A stretch of DNA of 63,741 nt, filler included, from Chrysochromulina tobinii (taxonomy: Eukaryota): the NCBI GenBank assembly GCA_001275005.1. It is 7 parts of 7 records of this genome, joined end to end, with 100 filler letters (N's around TTAATTAATTAA, not from the genome) between each part and the next. Parts side by side here need not be neighbours in the genome. Positions count along the whole stretch, not along the records: positions 25,785 to 35,972 come from JWZX01001422.1; positions 36,073 to 53,641 come from JWZX01001424.1; 5 more parts are not named here. One strand, given 5' to 3'. Below the pieces are notes generated by a model. It was not told where the DNA came from, ran no database searches, and worked only from the letters and a program-made list of their open reading frames with translations. Below are positions 32,215 to 42,595 of this stretch, in pieces (position 1 is the stretch's first letter; the number at the start of each line of letters is the position of its first letter). Position numbers and translations under genes: made by a program.

Positions 32215-34188
32215 TCAACCGTCATGCCCTCGCGTGCACCGCCAAAGTGGGCTTACCGCCAAGCGCTTCGCCTCCAACCTTTCTGCCGCAGCTCTGACGC
32301 TCCAGCCCCTCCAAAGCTCCTCCTCCAATGCCTCTGACGCCGCCTTCTCGGCCTCCACCGCGGCCTCCTCAGCCTCCACCGCGGCTTCCTCGGCCTCCAC
32401 CGCGGCTTCCTCGGCCTCCACCTCGGCCGCGGCCGCGGCCCTCTCAGCCACAGCGACATCGACCGCCGCGGCCGCCGCGGCCTCTGCGGCCTCTGCGGCC
32501 TCCGCAGCCGCCTCAGCAGCGACCCTCTCGGCTGCTGCTGCCTCAGCAACAGCCTCAGCTGCCTCGACCGCCTCGGCTGCCTCGGCCACTGCGGCCGCCG
32601 CGGCCGCCGCAACCGCCGCAACCGCCTCGGCAGCGACCTTTTCGGCGGCCGCTGCCTCAGCAACAGCCTCAGCCGCCGTGGCAGCCTCCGCTGCTGCTGC
32701 TGCCTCTCTCGCCGCTTGCTCGCCCTCCACTTGTTTGGCCACCAGTCTCTCCACCTCGGCCGTCGATGCCGCCTCAGCAGCCGCCGCTGCCTCGGCCGCT
32801 GCGACCGCCCAAGTAGCCACCGCCGCCTCGGCTGACGTCGTGGCCGTCGCCTCTGCCACCTCTGCCGCCTCTGCTGCGGCTTCGACCGCCGCCTCTGTCG
32901 CCGCCTCCAGCGCGACGCGTGCATCAGAGAGCTCTCCTCGCTCGACACGGCGCTCCTTGTCGAAGGCCGTAGGCTGCGGTGTGAACAAAACGGCCGCCGC
33001 CGGTGCCTCGGCTTGCCCCTGATTGCCTCCATCTGATTGCCTCTGATTGCCTCTGATTGTCTCTGACGTGGTGGAGGCCGCCGCCGGTGCCTCGGCTACC
33101 TCTGCCTCCGCCACGTCGGCCGTCTGGTTGCCTCTGATTGCCTCCGCCACGTCGGCGACCGCCTTTGCAGCAGCCTCGGCCGCCGCAGCCTCGGCCGCCG
33201 CAGCCTCGGCCGCCGCAGCCTCGGCCGTTGCTATGGCTATCACCGCCCCCTCCGCAAACTCTCTCTCGAAAGAAGCCGACTTGTCTTCGGTCTGCGCCTG
33301 CACGAACGTCTCCTCGGTCGCGTTGCCCCGAGCAATCAACGCCGCTACGACCGCCAACCCGCCACCTCGCGCGAGCAGCGCCACCTCTTCCTCTCTGTTG
33401 GCCCTGGCAGCCGCCGCCTCCGCAACCGCCTTGGCCGCTGCTTCCTTCGCGGCGGCTTTGGCCTTTGCATCTGCGGCTGCCGCCTGGGCCGCTGCCCGAA
33501 CCTCCGCTTCGCGCCGGCGCCGTGGCGCCGCCCTTTTCCCTCCGATCGTGACCGCATTCTCCGCACCAGCGCTCGACGCATCGCTTGACGACCGGACCAG
33601 TGCCGGAATCCCTACGAGCGCGCCTGTCGCGCTCAGTCCCACGATCCCAAAGGCCAACGCGCGCCGGTCCGGCGACGCGATATTGTCAGCGTTTGACGAC
33701 GCAACCTTCGAGTTCGCATCGGATGCTGGCCCACCAAAAAGTGCCTGGAGGGAGAAGGATGGCGGTGGCGGTGGCGGCGGCGGCAGCTTGGGCGGCGGCA
33801 GTGCAAACAGAGACATGAGGTCTAAAGGCTTGGGTGCGGGCGGTGGCGGCGGCGGCAGCTTGGGCGGCGGCAGTGCAAACAGAGACATGAGGTCAAACTG
33901 TTTGGGTGCGGGCGGGGGCGGCGGTGGCTTGGTCCGACCAGAGAAGAAGGATGAGAGGTCGAATGCGAGCCCATCGGAGACGCCTTCATCACTCTCTCCG
34001 AGCCCATCGGAGACGTCTTCATCACTCTCTCCAGCGACTACTGCTCGTTTGAGATGTTCTTTACTGTCTCCAGCAGCGAGAGCCTCGTACTCCGTCATGC
34101 AAGGGTTGGAACGCGCACCTAAGCGGATAACTTTATGAGACACGAGTAGCAGGCTACTGTGGGCCAGAGTCAACAAGAACGCGACCAT
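32215..34188 (-). CDS. Ala/Glu-rich low-complexity protein with signal-like N-terminus, Pro repeats and hydrophobic segments
   Basis: 657-aa ORF with ~72-bp coding duplications and a long EAAA helical region. Confidence 0.6.
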   Translation of the reverse strand: MVAFLLTLAHSSLLLVSHKVIRLGARSNPCMTEYEALAAGDSKEHLKRAVVAGESDEDVSDGLGESDEGVSDGLAFDLSSFFSGRTKPPPPPPAPKQFDLMSLFALPPPKLPPPPPPAPKPLDLMSLFALPPPKLPPPPPPPPSFSLQALFGGPASDANSKVASSNADNIASPDRRALAFGIVGLSATGALVGIPALVRSSSDASSAGAENAVTIGGKRAAPRRRREAEVRAAAQAAAADAKAKAAAKEAAAKAVAEAAAARANREEEVALLARGGGLAVVAALIARGNATEETFVQAQTEDKSASFEREFAEGAVIAIATAEAAAAEAAAAEAAAAEAAAKAVADVAEAIRGNQTADVAEAEVAEAPAAASTTSETIRGNQRQSDGGNQGQAEAPAAAVLFTPQPTAFDKERRVERGELSDARVALEAATEAAVEAAAEAAEVAEATATTSAEAAVATWAVAAAEAAAAAEAASTAEVERLVAKQVEGEQAAREAAAAAEAATAAEAVAEAAAAEKVAAEAVAAVAAAAAAAVAEAAEAVEAAEAVAEAAAAERVAAEAAAEAAEAAEAAAAAAVDVAVAERAAAAAEVEAEEAAVEAEEAAVEAEEAAVEAEKAASEALEEELWRGWSVRAAAERLEAKRLAVSPLWRCTRGHDG

Positions 34189-34493
34189 TGTTTGGGATCG
34201 AGATTATTGACGAATTTGGAAAGATAATTGACTCATCAAGTCGTGCTAATACCAAATTCGGTCAGCAGTAGACCGAGTCGCGGCGGGTAAGTGAGTCACA
34301 CGGAAATCACCCGCGAAGCGCACTGCGGCCGTGTGTCACACCTTCCAAGCCGAGAAATGAGTGGCCGCTCACTGTGTCGCCATTCGCTTTACGCTTATAC
34401 AAAGTCCAAGCCCATTCAGTACGCCCCCTCGACCCGCGCCATCTTTCAGCCTGCCGCCCTCAGCGCTTGACCTTACCCTCATTTTGACCCTTG

Positions 34494-35972
34494 TTATGCT
34501 TGGCTCGGCTTGGCTCGTGTCGGTTTGGCTCTAACCTTCGGCGAGGCTTTTGTCGAGCCACTTTGGTGCGGCGCCTCTGTCTTTTTCACTTTGGCGCGGC
34601 GGAGGCTCTCGTTGAGCTCGGTGTAATCAATCTGGCCCGAGCCTCCCTGGTCGAGGTCACCAAAGATCTTGTCGAGATCGCCCTTGCCGCATGGGAACCC
34701 CATCCCCTTGAGCGCCGCCCCAAACTCCTTCTTGTCCACGGTGCCGGAGCCGTCCGTATCCCACTCGCGGAACAAGTCGAGCACTCGCCCACGCGACGCA
34801 TCGAGCGCCTCCCGGAGTGCCCACTGGATGTACTCGGACAGGTCCACCGAGCCACTGTGGTCCTGGTCGAGCTGGTTGAAGATAGCCAGCACCTCCGTCT
34901 CGGAGGGCGTGGGCGCGCCCTCGCGAGCGCACTTGGACGCCCACATCCGACTAAACTCTTCGAAGCCGAGGTCGTTGGTGCCGTCCGCGTCCTGCGCGGC
35001 AAAATCGTCGTAGCTGGCCCGCATCTTCGACGTGAGGTCGTCCTTGGATGTAGCTTCCTTGGATGGGGCCTTCTCGAGCGGAGCCTCGTTGGGTGGAGCC
35101 TTCTGCTTGGGTGGGGGCAAGGCGCTCGCCTGCGCCTGCGCGAGCGCCAACTGGAGCTCGTGCAGCTGCTTCTCGAGATCGCCTCGCATGGCGATCGCCT
35201 CGCGCAGCAGTTGGCTGCGCTGCTCGGCAAGCAGCCGACCCAGCCGCGCCTCGGTCGCCTCGTGCTCGGTCTTCTGCTGCGCCTCGAGCAGCCGCCGCGC
35301 CTCGCGCCCGATTCGATCTTCGTCGGTCATCTCGGCCCACTTCGCCTGCAAGAGCTCAAACTTGTCGGCCCACTCGGCGCCATCTCGCGTGGCGAGCTTG
35401 AGCTGTCGAAGGTATTCGAGCGCCGCCTCTCGCGCCTCGCCCACCGTCACGCCAAGCTCACGCATCTTGACGCCATACTCCGAGTGTAGCTCCGTGATCG
35501 CCGCCTCCGCGTCCGCCCGCCGCTTGCGCTCGGTGCCGAGCTGCTCACGTATCGTCAGCTTGGACTCCTCCAGGAGCGCAAGCCGCCAACTCTCGCGCCA
35601 GCGCACGTAGCTCCATACAAACTTGGGCCGTTGGAGGCGCATAGCCGCCTGTCGGAGCACAGTCCTCTGATGAGCCTTCTCATAGTACAGCTCCGACCAC
35701 GCTTGCCAGCCCATTGCGAGCTCCTTTCTGCCCATTCGGCGCGCGGCGAGGGCCGACAGATGCTCGACGCGCCTCTCTCGCGTGCGCGCTTCACGCTCCT
35801 CTTGCCGACGCTCGCGTTCGGCCTCATACCCCTCGCCGCGAAGCATCGCCTCACGCGCCGCCGCAAGCTCCGCCCGCAGCCTCTCGCATTCCGCCGCGAG
35901 AGTGCCGTGACTCGTGCCGAGCTCGACCGCACGCAGCTCCGCGGCGAGGGCGCCACGCCGCAGGCTGGCCGC
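34494..35972 (-). CDS. Coiled-coil protein with C-terminal four-EF-hand domain (5'-truncated by gap)
   Basis: EF loops DADGTNDLGFEEF, DQDHSGSVDLSEY, DTDGSGTVDKKEF, DQGGSGQIDYTEL. Confidence 0.88.
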   Translation of the reverse strand, partial: AASLRRGALAAELRAVELGTSHGTLAAECERLRAELAAAREAMLRGEGYEAERERRQEEREARTRERRVEHLSALAARRMGRKELAMGWQAWSELYYEKAHQRTVLRQAAMRLQRPKFVWSYVRWRESWRLALLEESKLTIREQLGTERKRRADAEAAITELHSEYGVKMRELGVTVGEAREAALEYLRQLKLATRDGAEWADKFELLQAKWAEMTDEDRIGREARRLLEAQQKTEHEATEARLGRLLAEQRSQLLREAIAMRGDLEKQLHELQLALAQAQASALPPPKQKAPPNEAPLEKAPSKEATSKDDLTSKMRASYDDFAAQDADGTNDLGFEEFSRMWASKCAREGAPTPSETEVLAIFNQLDQDHSGSVDLSEYIQWALREALDASRGRVLDLFREWDTDGSGTVDKKEFGAALKGMGFPCGKGDLDKIFGDLDQGGSGQIDYTELNESLRRAKVKKTEAPHQSGSTKASPKVRAKPTRAKPSQA

Positions 35973-36072
35973 NNNNNNNNNNNNNNNNNNNNNNNNNNNN
36001 NNNNNNNNNNNNNNNNTTAATTAATTAANNNNNNNNNNNNNNNNNNNNNNNNNNNNNNNNNNNNNNNNNNNN
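35973..36072. other. Artificial contig linker
   Basis: N44-TTAATTAATTAA-N44. Confidence 0.99.
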
Positions 36073-39000
36073 GCCGCCTTCGCCGCCGCCCTCGCCGCCT
36101 CCGCCCCCGCCGCCGCCCTCGCTGCCGCCCTCGCCCCCGCCACCCTCGATGCCGCCCACGCAAATGGTGCGCGCGCTCGCGCTGCTCTACGAGGCCACGG
36201 GCGGCGACACGTGGCGCAACAACTTCAACTGGCTGTCCGGCGAGCCGTGTGTCGACGGCTGGTTTGGCGTGCACTGCTGCCCCCAGTCACTCCCGGTCCT
36301 ACGCGGAGACGACGAGTGCACCGCCGATGGCGGCGGTGCCACTGGCGTGCGCACAACGCAGGGCAGCGCCGCCTGCCACTCGGGATCAGTCACGGGCACC
36401 GCGCTCGACCTCGCCACCTGCGTCGTCGTCAAGGTGCTGCTGCCGTCCAACAACCTGATCGGCTCCCTCGAGGGCGCGCTCGGCGACCTGCAAAACCTGC
36501 AGCACCTCGACCTCTCAGGCAACGCGCTGTTCGGTGCGCTGCCGTCGACAGCAGACTGCCTACCGCAGCTCACGTCACTCGACCTGGCGCAGACGCGCTC
36601 GTGGGACGACCAGGGCGGCGTCACCGGCACCGTGCCCGTGTGGCTCCTCGATCGCCTCAAGTCGCTGGCGCCGCTGCGCCTCGCCAACAATGCCTTCGAC
36701 GACCCGACGGCCGCCGAGTCCGCTGCCGCGATCCGCCGACTCTGGCTGCGTTGCTCGACGCTCGGCGCGGAGCAGTGCTCGGGCGTGCCGCCGATTGGCT
36801 GCAGCGCCTTCAACCGCCAGGGCCAGCGCTACGAGGTAAAGCTCGACGGCCTCGGATGCGTGCGCTGCCCGACGCCCCTCGAAATCATCGGCATCGCCGT
36901 TGTCATCGCGGTCGTCGTGCTGTTCCTTGTGCTGGGCGTGGGCGGGTTCACGCGCTTCATGCGCAAGTACCCGGAGTACGCCAAGACCCACGTCGCCTCG
37001 TTCATGATCATTGTGGGCCACCTGCAGATGCTCACCATCATCGGCAGCATGCAGCTTGGCTGGCCGCTCGTCATCCAGCAGATCCTCGCGAGCATCAACC
37101 TGCCGCTCATGGGCTACATCCCGTTGCCGTGCATCCTGACCGACCCGGTGCTCAAGGCGCTGCTGAGCTACGCGGAGACCGCCGTCGTGCTGCTGCTGCT
37201 CGTGAGCTTCTGGGTCGTCGCGCAGTGCTCGCGCAAGGCGTGGGCCGAATACAACCTGAGCGTGCTCTTCGGCTTCCTCTTCACTGTCGGCCTCCGTGCG
37301 AGCGCGACCCTCTTCATGCGCTACGACGAGGACCAGACTCGGCTGATCATCGCCCGCCTCGTGGCGACGCTCCTCTGGCTCTTCTGGCTCTTCCTGCTCC
37401 GGCGCTTCCGCGGGCTGCTGGTGACGGCGGCGGCGGCAGAAGCGAGGGCGGCTGCGGCAAAAGCGTGGGTTGAGGCAGCGACTGAGGCGGCGGAGGCGGC
37501 GAGGGTGGCGAGGGCGGCGAGGGCGGAGGCAGTGCTCTTGCAGAAAAAGGCGCGCGGCGCGGCAGATGCGGTGCGCTACCTGACCGAGCGGTACAGGAGC
37601 GACGACGGCCCGGGCGGCGCGCGCTGGCCGCTCCGCTCGCAGTGGCAGCTCGTCGTGTGGGCGCGGCAGGGGCTTCTCTTCCTCGTGTCCTTTTTCATGG
37701 ACTGTGTGATGTCGTTCTCGCCGTACGAGGCGCACCGGGCTGCACGCTACGTCTTCGCCGCGCTCGCGATCGCGGTCCTCGGCGGCTTCTGGCAGCTGCA
37801 GGCCTGGCGTCGGCCGTACGCGATGCCTCGGCACTATTGGCTCGAGGCCCTCCTCTACGCGGTCGACATCTCGGCCATCGTTCTTGCCTGCTTGTATGGC
37901 GCACACACGAACGACGGCGCGGTGCAGGATGGGTTCGGGCGGCTGGCGCTCGAGCTGATCCTTGGTGCGCTGCTCATTGTCTCCGTGGTCGGTGCGGCGA
38001 TGCGTGTCTTCTGGGACGTCACGGAAGAGCGCAAGAGGTGGCGTGAGTGGGTGCCTCCGTCCCTTCCAACTATTGATGAACCAATCGAGGCCGCCCTCCG
38101 CGACGGCGCGGTGCGCCTCATCGACTGTGCCTGGCTGCTGGATTACGATCGCTCGGATAGGCAGCTGCCGCGCGTCACCAAGGTGGTGGCACGCCTCTCT
38201 TCCAACGAGCCGACGGGCGTGCTGATTCGTCGGTTGGCGACGCACTGCGGGACCTCGTCCATCTGCATCACGCTGGAGGTGGCCTCGGCAGCCTCGCTGC
38301 CCCCCTCGCCGCCTCCCTCTCCTCCGGAGGTGCAGCCCGAGCTGGCCGAAGCGGGTGGTCACCGACAGGGTGGCGGAAGAGCTGGCGCGAGGATGAGGCA
38401 GGAGCAGGAAGAGTTCGATCAGGAAGAGTTCGATCTGGCGCTCGCTCTCTCTGCGTCGCTGGCTGAGCAAGAGCAAATAGAAGAACGCGACCGCCTCGCC
38501 GCCGCAGCGCGCGTCGCCGGTCGGACGGGCGTGAACGAGCGCACGGATGCTTCGCCTGCTCAAAGCTCGACGGTGATTGCACCACGGAGCAGCGCGCCCC
38601 TGGCCAGCGAGCCCCCACTCCACCACAACGACTCGATTCCGTTGCCGCTGCAACCAAATAGATCACGATCGGCCATGCACGAGCGCAACGAGCCGGCGCG
38701 CGTGCACGCGACGGGCGTGAGAACGCGCACGAATGCGTCACCCCTTCAAAGCTGGACAGCGCTTGCACGGTGGTGGAGCAGCGCGCGAGTGGCACCCGAG
38801 TTCGCAGCCAGCGCTCCGCCGCCGAGCTCTGATTCGAATTCTTTTCACGTCACCTTCCACCTCAGCACGTTCAACGAGGTCGCCCCGCTCACCGCAGCCG
38901 GCCTGCGCCGCAAGGCCGAGGCGGTTAAGGAGAGGCTGGCTGTGCTTGGGGCCGAGGGCATCAGAATTGTCACGGGAAAGCCCTTTCTGCCACGCTGCCA

Positions 39001-40465
39001 GGACATGCCGGAAGAAGCTTTCCTGGAGCCCCAGGACGCCGCGGCCCTCTTCAGGCGGCCGCGGCGCGGCGTTCGTGGCGCTCGTGTCCTCAGCTACTGC
39101 TGGCGCATGCCTGGCATGCCCGACCCCGACGGCTGCACGCTTGAAAAGATCCGCGGCTACATGAACCTGGAGAGGGGCAGACAAGGCGGCGAGTACGGTC
39201 TTTTTGTGGACGTTGCTTGCCTGCCGCAGAACTATGCGTTGCCGTCGTGGCACGCCATGGAGGCGATCACGAAGCGCTTCGGCACCGAGGCGGACATTGG
39301 CCCACTCACCGTGCTCAAGTTTGAATTGGAGCACGTCGCCACGGAGGAAGAGGCGCAGGTTTGCGTCGACAAGGTCGTCTCCCTATGCGAGCAACAGCGC
39401 TGGGAGCTGGCCCCCCTGGCGGACTTTGAGAGCCTCGGCCTGAGCTCGCGCGGCCACGTCAGTGTGCTCGTCCAAGAGCGTTACATCATGGGCGTGAGCC
39501 GCTTCGACAAGGGAGCCTCTCCCGAAGGCTACGTGCGCTTCCGCACGCCTCACGACGCGAACGCGGCACGGCACCATCCAGACTTCATGTTCGGCGGCAA
39601 GGAGCCAGAGCTGATGGGCGAGCACGTCTTCGAGAATGAGCTCAAGTTCAAGCGCGGCCTCTCCGTCATGGGCTGCCTCTACGCGTCCGCCACAGGTACC
39701 TGTGTGCTGCAGCTCAAGGCACCGCCAGGCGAGCTCAATGGTGACGACGTCGCGCCGAGCGAGCTCGTCTCCGAGCGCATGGGGACCGTCTTCGTCGTGT
39801 CGCTCAGAGACAAGTCGCTCGATGAGCCAGCACGCCGTCGCTGGCTCGAGGAGCTGCACGAGGAGCTGGGTGACGGCGTAATGGCCTGCGAGAAGGGGCC
39901 CTGGGGTGAGGTAGTGGTGCGTGTTTATGGCGAGACGGCGGCACGCGCCGTGCGCACGCTGAACGAGGGCGGCTACCCGCTTCGTCGCAAGGATCGCGTG
40001 GTGTACCCAGTGTACAACTTGCGGCCGTACGGCTCGCGCGGGTGGCCGACCTTTGAGACGTCCGCTGCCTCGATTGTGCTCGCGCACCACACGCAGCGAA
40101 CGCCTCCCGTCGCGCAGGCGGAGGAGAGCGGTCCAAAGCTCATCAACATCGACCTGATCGACGCCCCACGTGTGGTGGAGGTCGTGCAGTCACCGGAGCG
40201 CCACCTCCTGCAGTGCAAGAAGAAACTGCTCTCGAAGCAAATCTTTTTCACCGGGAAAGGCGACCAGAAGGATGTCGTCCAGCTGCTCTTTGATTTTGAG
40301 GACTCAGTCTCGGTAGAGGTTGATCAGAGGCGCGCCAGACACTCGAAGTTCTCAACAGAGGACCTCGAGCACGAGCATGCCGCGAGGCAGGAGTATGCCG
40401 AGAGGCTGGGCGATGCGCGCAGGACGCGATCCCGCAAGCTGCTGCAGCGCCTCACCTTCCTCTAG
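36073..40465 (+). CDS. LRR receptor-like multipass membrane protein with cytoplasmic UIM and HET/TIR-like domain (5'-truncated)
   Basis: LRRNT cap (LYEATGGDTW...NW...C..WFGVHC), plant-type LRRs (LQHLDLSGNALFGALP), 8-9 hydrophobic helices, UIM EEFDLALALSASLAE, HET-like motifs VLSYCW/HPDP-like PDPDG, FVDVACLPQ, MGCLYA, YGSRGWPTFE. Confidence 0.8.
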
Positions 40466-40626
40466 GAGCCGATTCCTCACCTTCCTCTAGGAGCCGATGC
40501 CTTGCCTACCTCTAGGAGCCGATGCCTTGCCTTCCTCTAGGAGCCGATGCCTTGCCTTCCTCTAGGAGCCGATGCCTTGCCTTCCTCTAGGAGCCGATGC
40601 CTTGCCTACCTCTAGGAGCCGATGCC
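40451..40626. repeat. 25-bp tandem repeat x7 seeded on the stop codon of the LRR-HET gene
   Basis: CTTGCCTTCCTCTAGGAGCCGATGC units; the first copy contains the TAG stop. Confidence 0.95.
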
Positions 40627-41082
40627 CGTCCTCCACGTCTTCGGGCGCGTTGCCCTCTTGCCTTCCCGGGCCGACGCCTGAATGCATAGAATGGTTCTTG
40701 GTGGCGGATGACGTGCGTGAGTCCCGAGCGCCCTGGGCTACATTCGGAATGGGATTGGGACCGGATGCAAAGGTGTTGGCAGGGTGCGAAGGTGTGTGTG
40801 CAGCAGCCGCTCCATCGCATGGAACATGGGATTCTGGTCGCCGTTGTCCGACTCCGAGCCCAGGCGACGACATGGGCGACGATGGTCGATGTCGGTGAGT
40901 CGCAGTCGGTCCGGTCGCCGTGGAGCCCGCCCGCGAGGGCGACCTGGTGCGTGAGCTCCGAGCCGGTAAGGACCTCTCGGAACGGGAATCGCTAGGGGGC
41001 ATTTGCGCCGTACGGCCTTGTAGCGGGCGTTATGTTCATAGGGAGCATGCACCGTGGAGTTTTGTAACGCCACAACCACCGC

Positions 41083-42315
41083 TCACCGCTCCTCAACGCG
41101 CGCTCTGATCGCCCGTCCCACATGCGTCCCCATCGCAGTCCGCCGAAGCAGCAGCCGGTCGCCCACCCTCAAGTCCGTCACGCTCCTCGGCTCGAGCCCT
41201 GCCTCCCCCTCGACCATCACGCGAACCGTCTCGGCCTGCTGCAGGAAGACCTGCCCGCTGGCCCCGTCCGACTCGAAGGAGATGAGGAGCAAGGGGCGCG
41301 GCTCCACCTTGCAACGACCCACCGTGAGCGACCGTTGACTCCCCTGCGCATCGGTGATGAGCACCTGGTCACCAGGTCGAATCTCGTCCAGGTACTTGGT
41401 CGTCTCGTCGGCGAGCAGTACGTACGAGTGCACCGGGCCCGCGTTGACACGAAACGGACGCGCGGGCACGAGGGCCCCGTGGAGCGTCTCGCCGTGGACG
41501 AGGCTGAGCAGCTTGGCAGATGAGCCCACGAGGGCGCCTTCGCCCACGCGCAGCAAGCTCGTGAAGTCGAGGGCGACCCGATCGCCGACGCCGCCGCTCG
41601 CCACTGCGGTGACGACACCAACGCTGAGCGCCGTCGTGGTCAGCGCCGGCGCGTCCTCGGCAACGGCGAGCTCGTCGGCGATCTCGTCGGCGAGAGCCGA
41701 TGAGCGCGCCAATGCGCGCGTTTCGTCAATCTCGGTGCGCTGGGCTCGCGCGATCGACCCCGCCTGCCACAGCATCACTCGCCGTACGTCGTCCTCCTCG
41801 TCTGGCGGCGCGAGGACCAGCGCGCCCACGCCCAGCTGCAACGCAAACGCGAGGCCTGGGACTTGCTGCGCACTGAGCGCCGTGACCGCTACCTGTGACG
41901 GCGTGCCATCGCACACGGAGACGAGGTTCTCCGCCGGGATCATCGTCCACTCCGCCTCGGTGGTAGCATCGAGGTGAATCCAGCTGGCCGAGCCCACAGC
42001 GGCCATCGCGGCCGACTGACCGGCGGGATCAGCGGCCATCGCTCGCACTCCCAGTCGCTCGCCGGCGAGGCCGAGGAGAGGCGCTGTCGGCTGATCGAGC
42101 GGCATCGGTGCGGCAGAGATCACGTCGCACGGAGGAAGATCCTCCGGGATACCATGCAACGTGACCGAAAGCCAGTCGACGAGAATCGCGTCAACGGGTG
42201 CATTGGCGGCGCCCTCACACTTGGAGAGTGCGGCGGACATATCCGGCGAAGCCACGGCGCGCAAATCAGCCCAGAGCTTCATCGCGGTGCAGAGGAGATG
42301 GACGACGACGAGCAT
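41083..42315 (-). CDS. 3-dehydroquinate synthase type II (archaeal/plant DHQS family)
   Basis: IPAENL, GDRVALD.TSLL..GEG.LVGS, RPFRVNAGPVHSY, TKYL.E, VGRCKVE.RPL, LQQAETVR, HVG.....VEER. Confidence 0.92.
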   Translation of the reverse strand: MLVVVHLLCTAMKLWADLRAVASPDMSAALSKCEGAANAPVDAILVDWLSVTLHGIPEDLPPCDVISAAPMPLDQPTAPLLGLAGERLGVRAMAADPAGQSAAMAAVGSASWIHLDATTEAEWTMIPAENLVSVCDGTPSQVAVTALSAQQVPGLAFALQLGVGALVLAPPDEEDDVRRVMLWQAGSIARAQRTEIDETRALARSSALADEIADELAVAEDAPALTTTALSVGVVTAVASGGVGDRVALDFTSLLRVGEGALVGSSAKLLSLVHGETLHGALVPARPFRVNAGPVHSYVLLADETTKYLDEIRPGDQVLITDAQGSQRSLTVGRCKVEPRPLLLISFESDGASGQVFLQQAETVRVMVEGEAGLEPRSVTDLRVGDRLLLRRTAMGTHVGRAIRARVEER

Positions 42316-42595
42316 ACACCGCGCAGCACGCGTGGTGAGCGCGCGACGCTCTAAGAAAACAAACACCACATTGTGCTTGGGTCGAAATCAAACAGTGGCT
42401 ATGAAAACACCTCTGAGGAATTCTGCTGTTCAACACAACGCGCGCGCGCGCCGACCCCAGGCGGCGGAATTCACCAGCGCCTCGGCACGGCGCGACGTCG
42501 GCTCCCCGCGGGAAACACGCCCACTACAACCACGTTCCGAGATCATTCGGACTTCGCCACCCTGCACAGCCCGTCCACCGTCGACGCCGATTTCG

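Noticed and set aside
40451..40626. 25-bp repeats as a CRISPR array
   Set aside because: Head-to-tail with no unique spacers, eukaryotic context and no cas genes.
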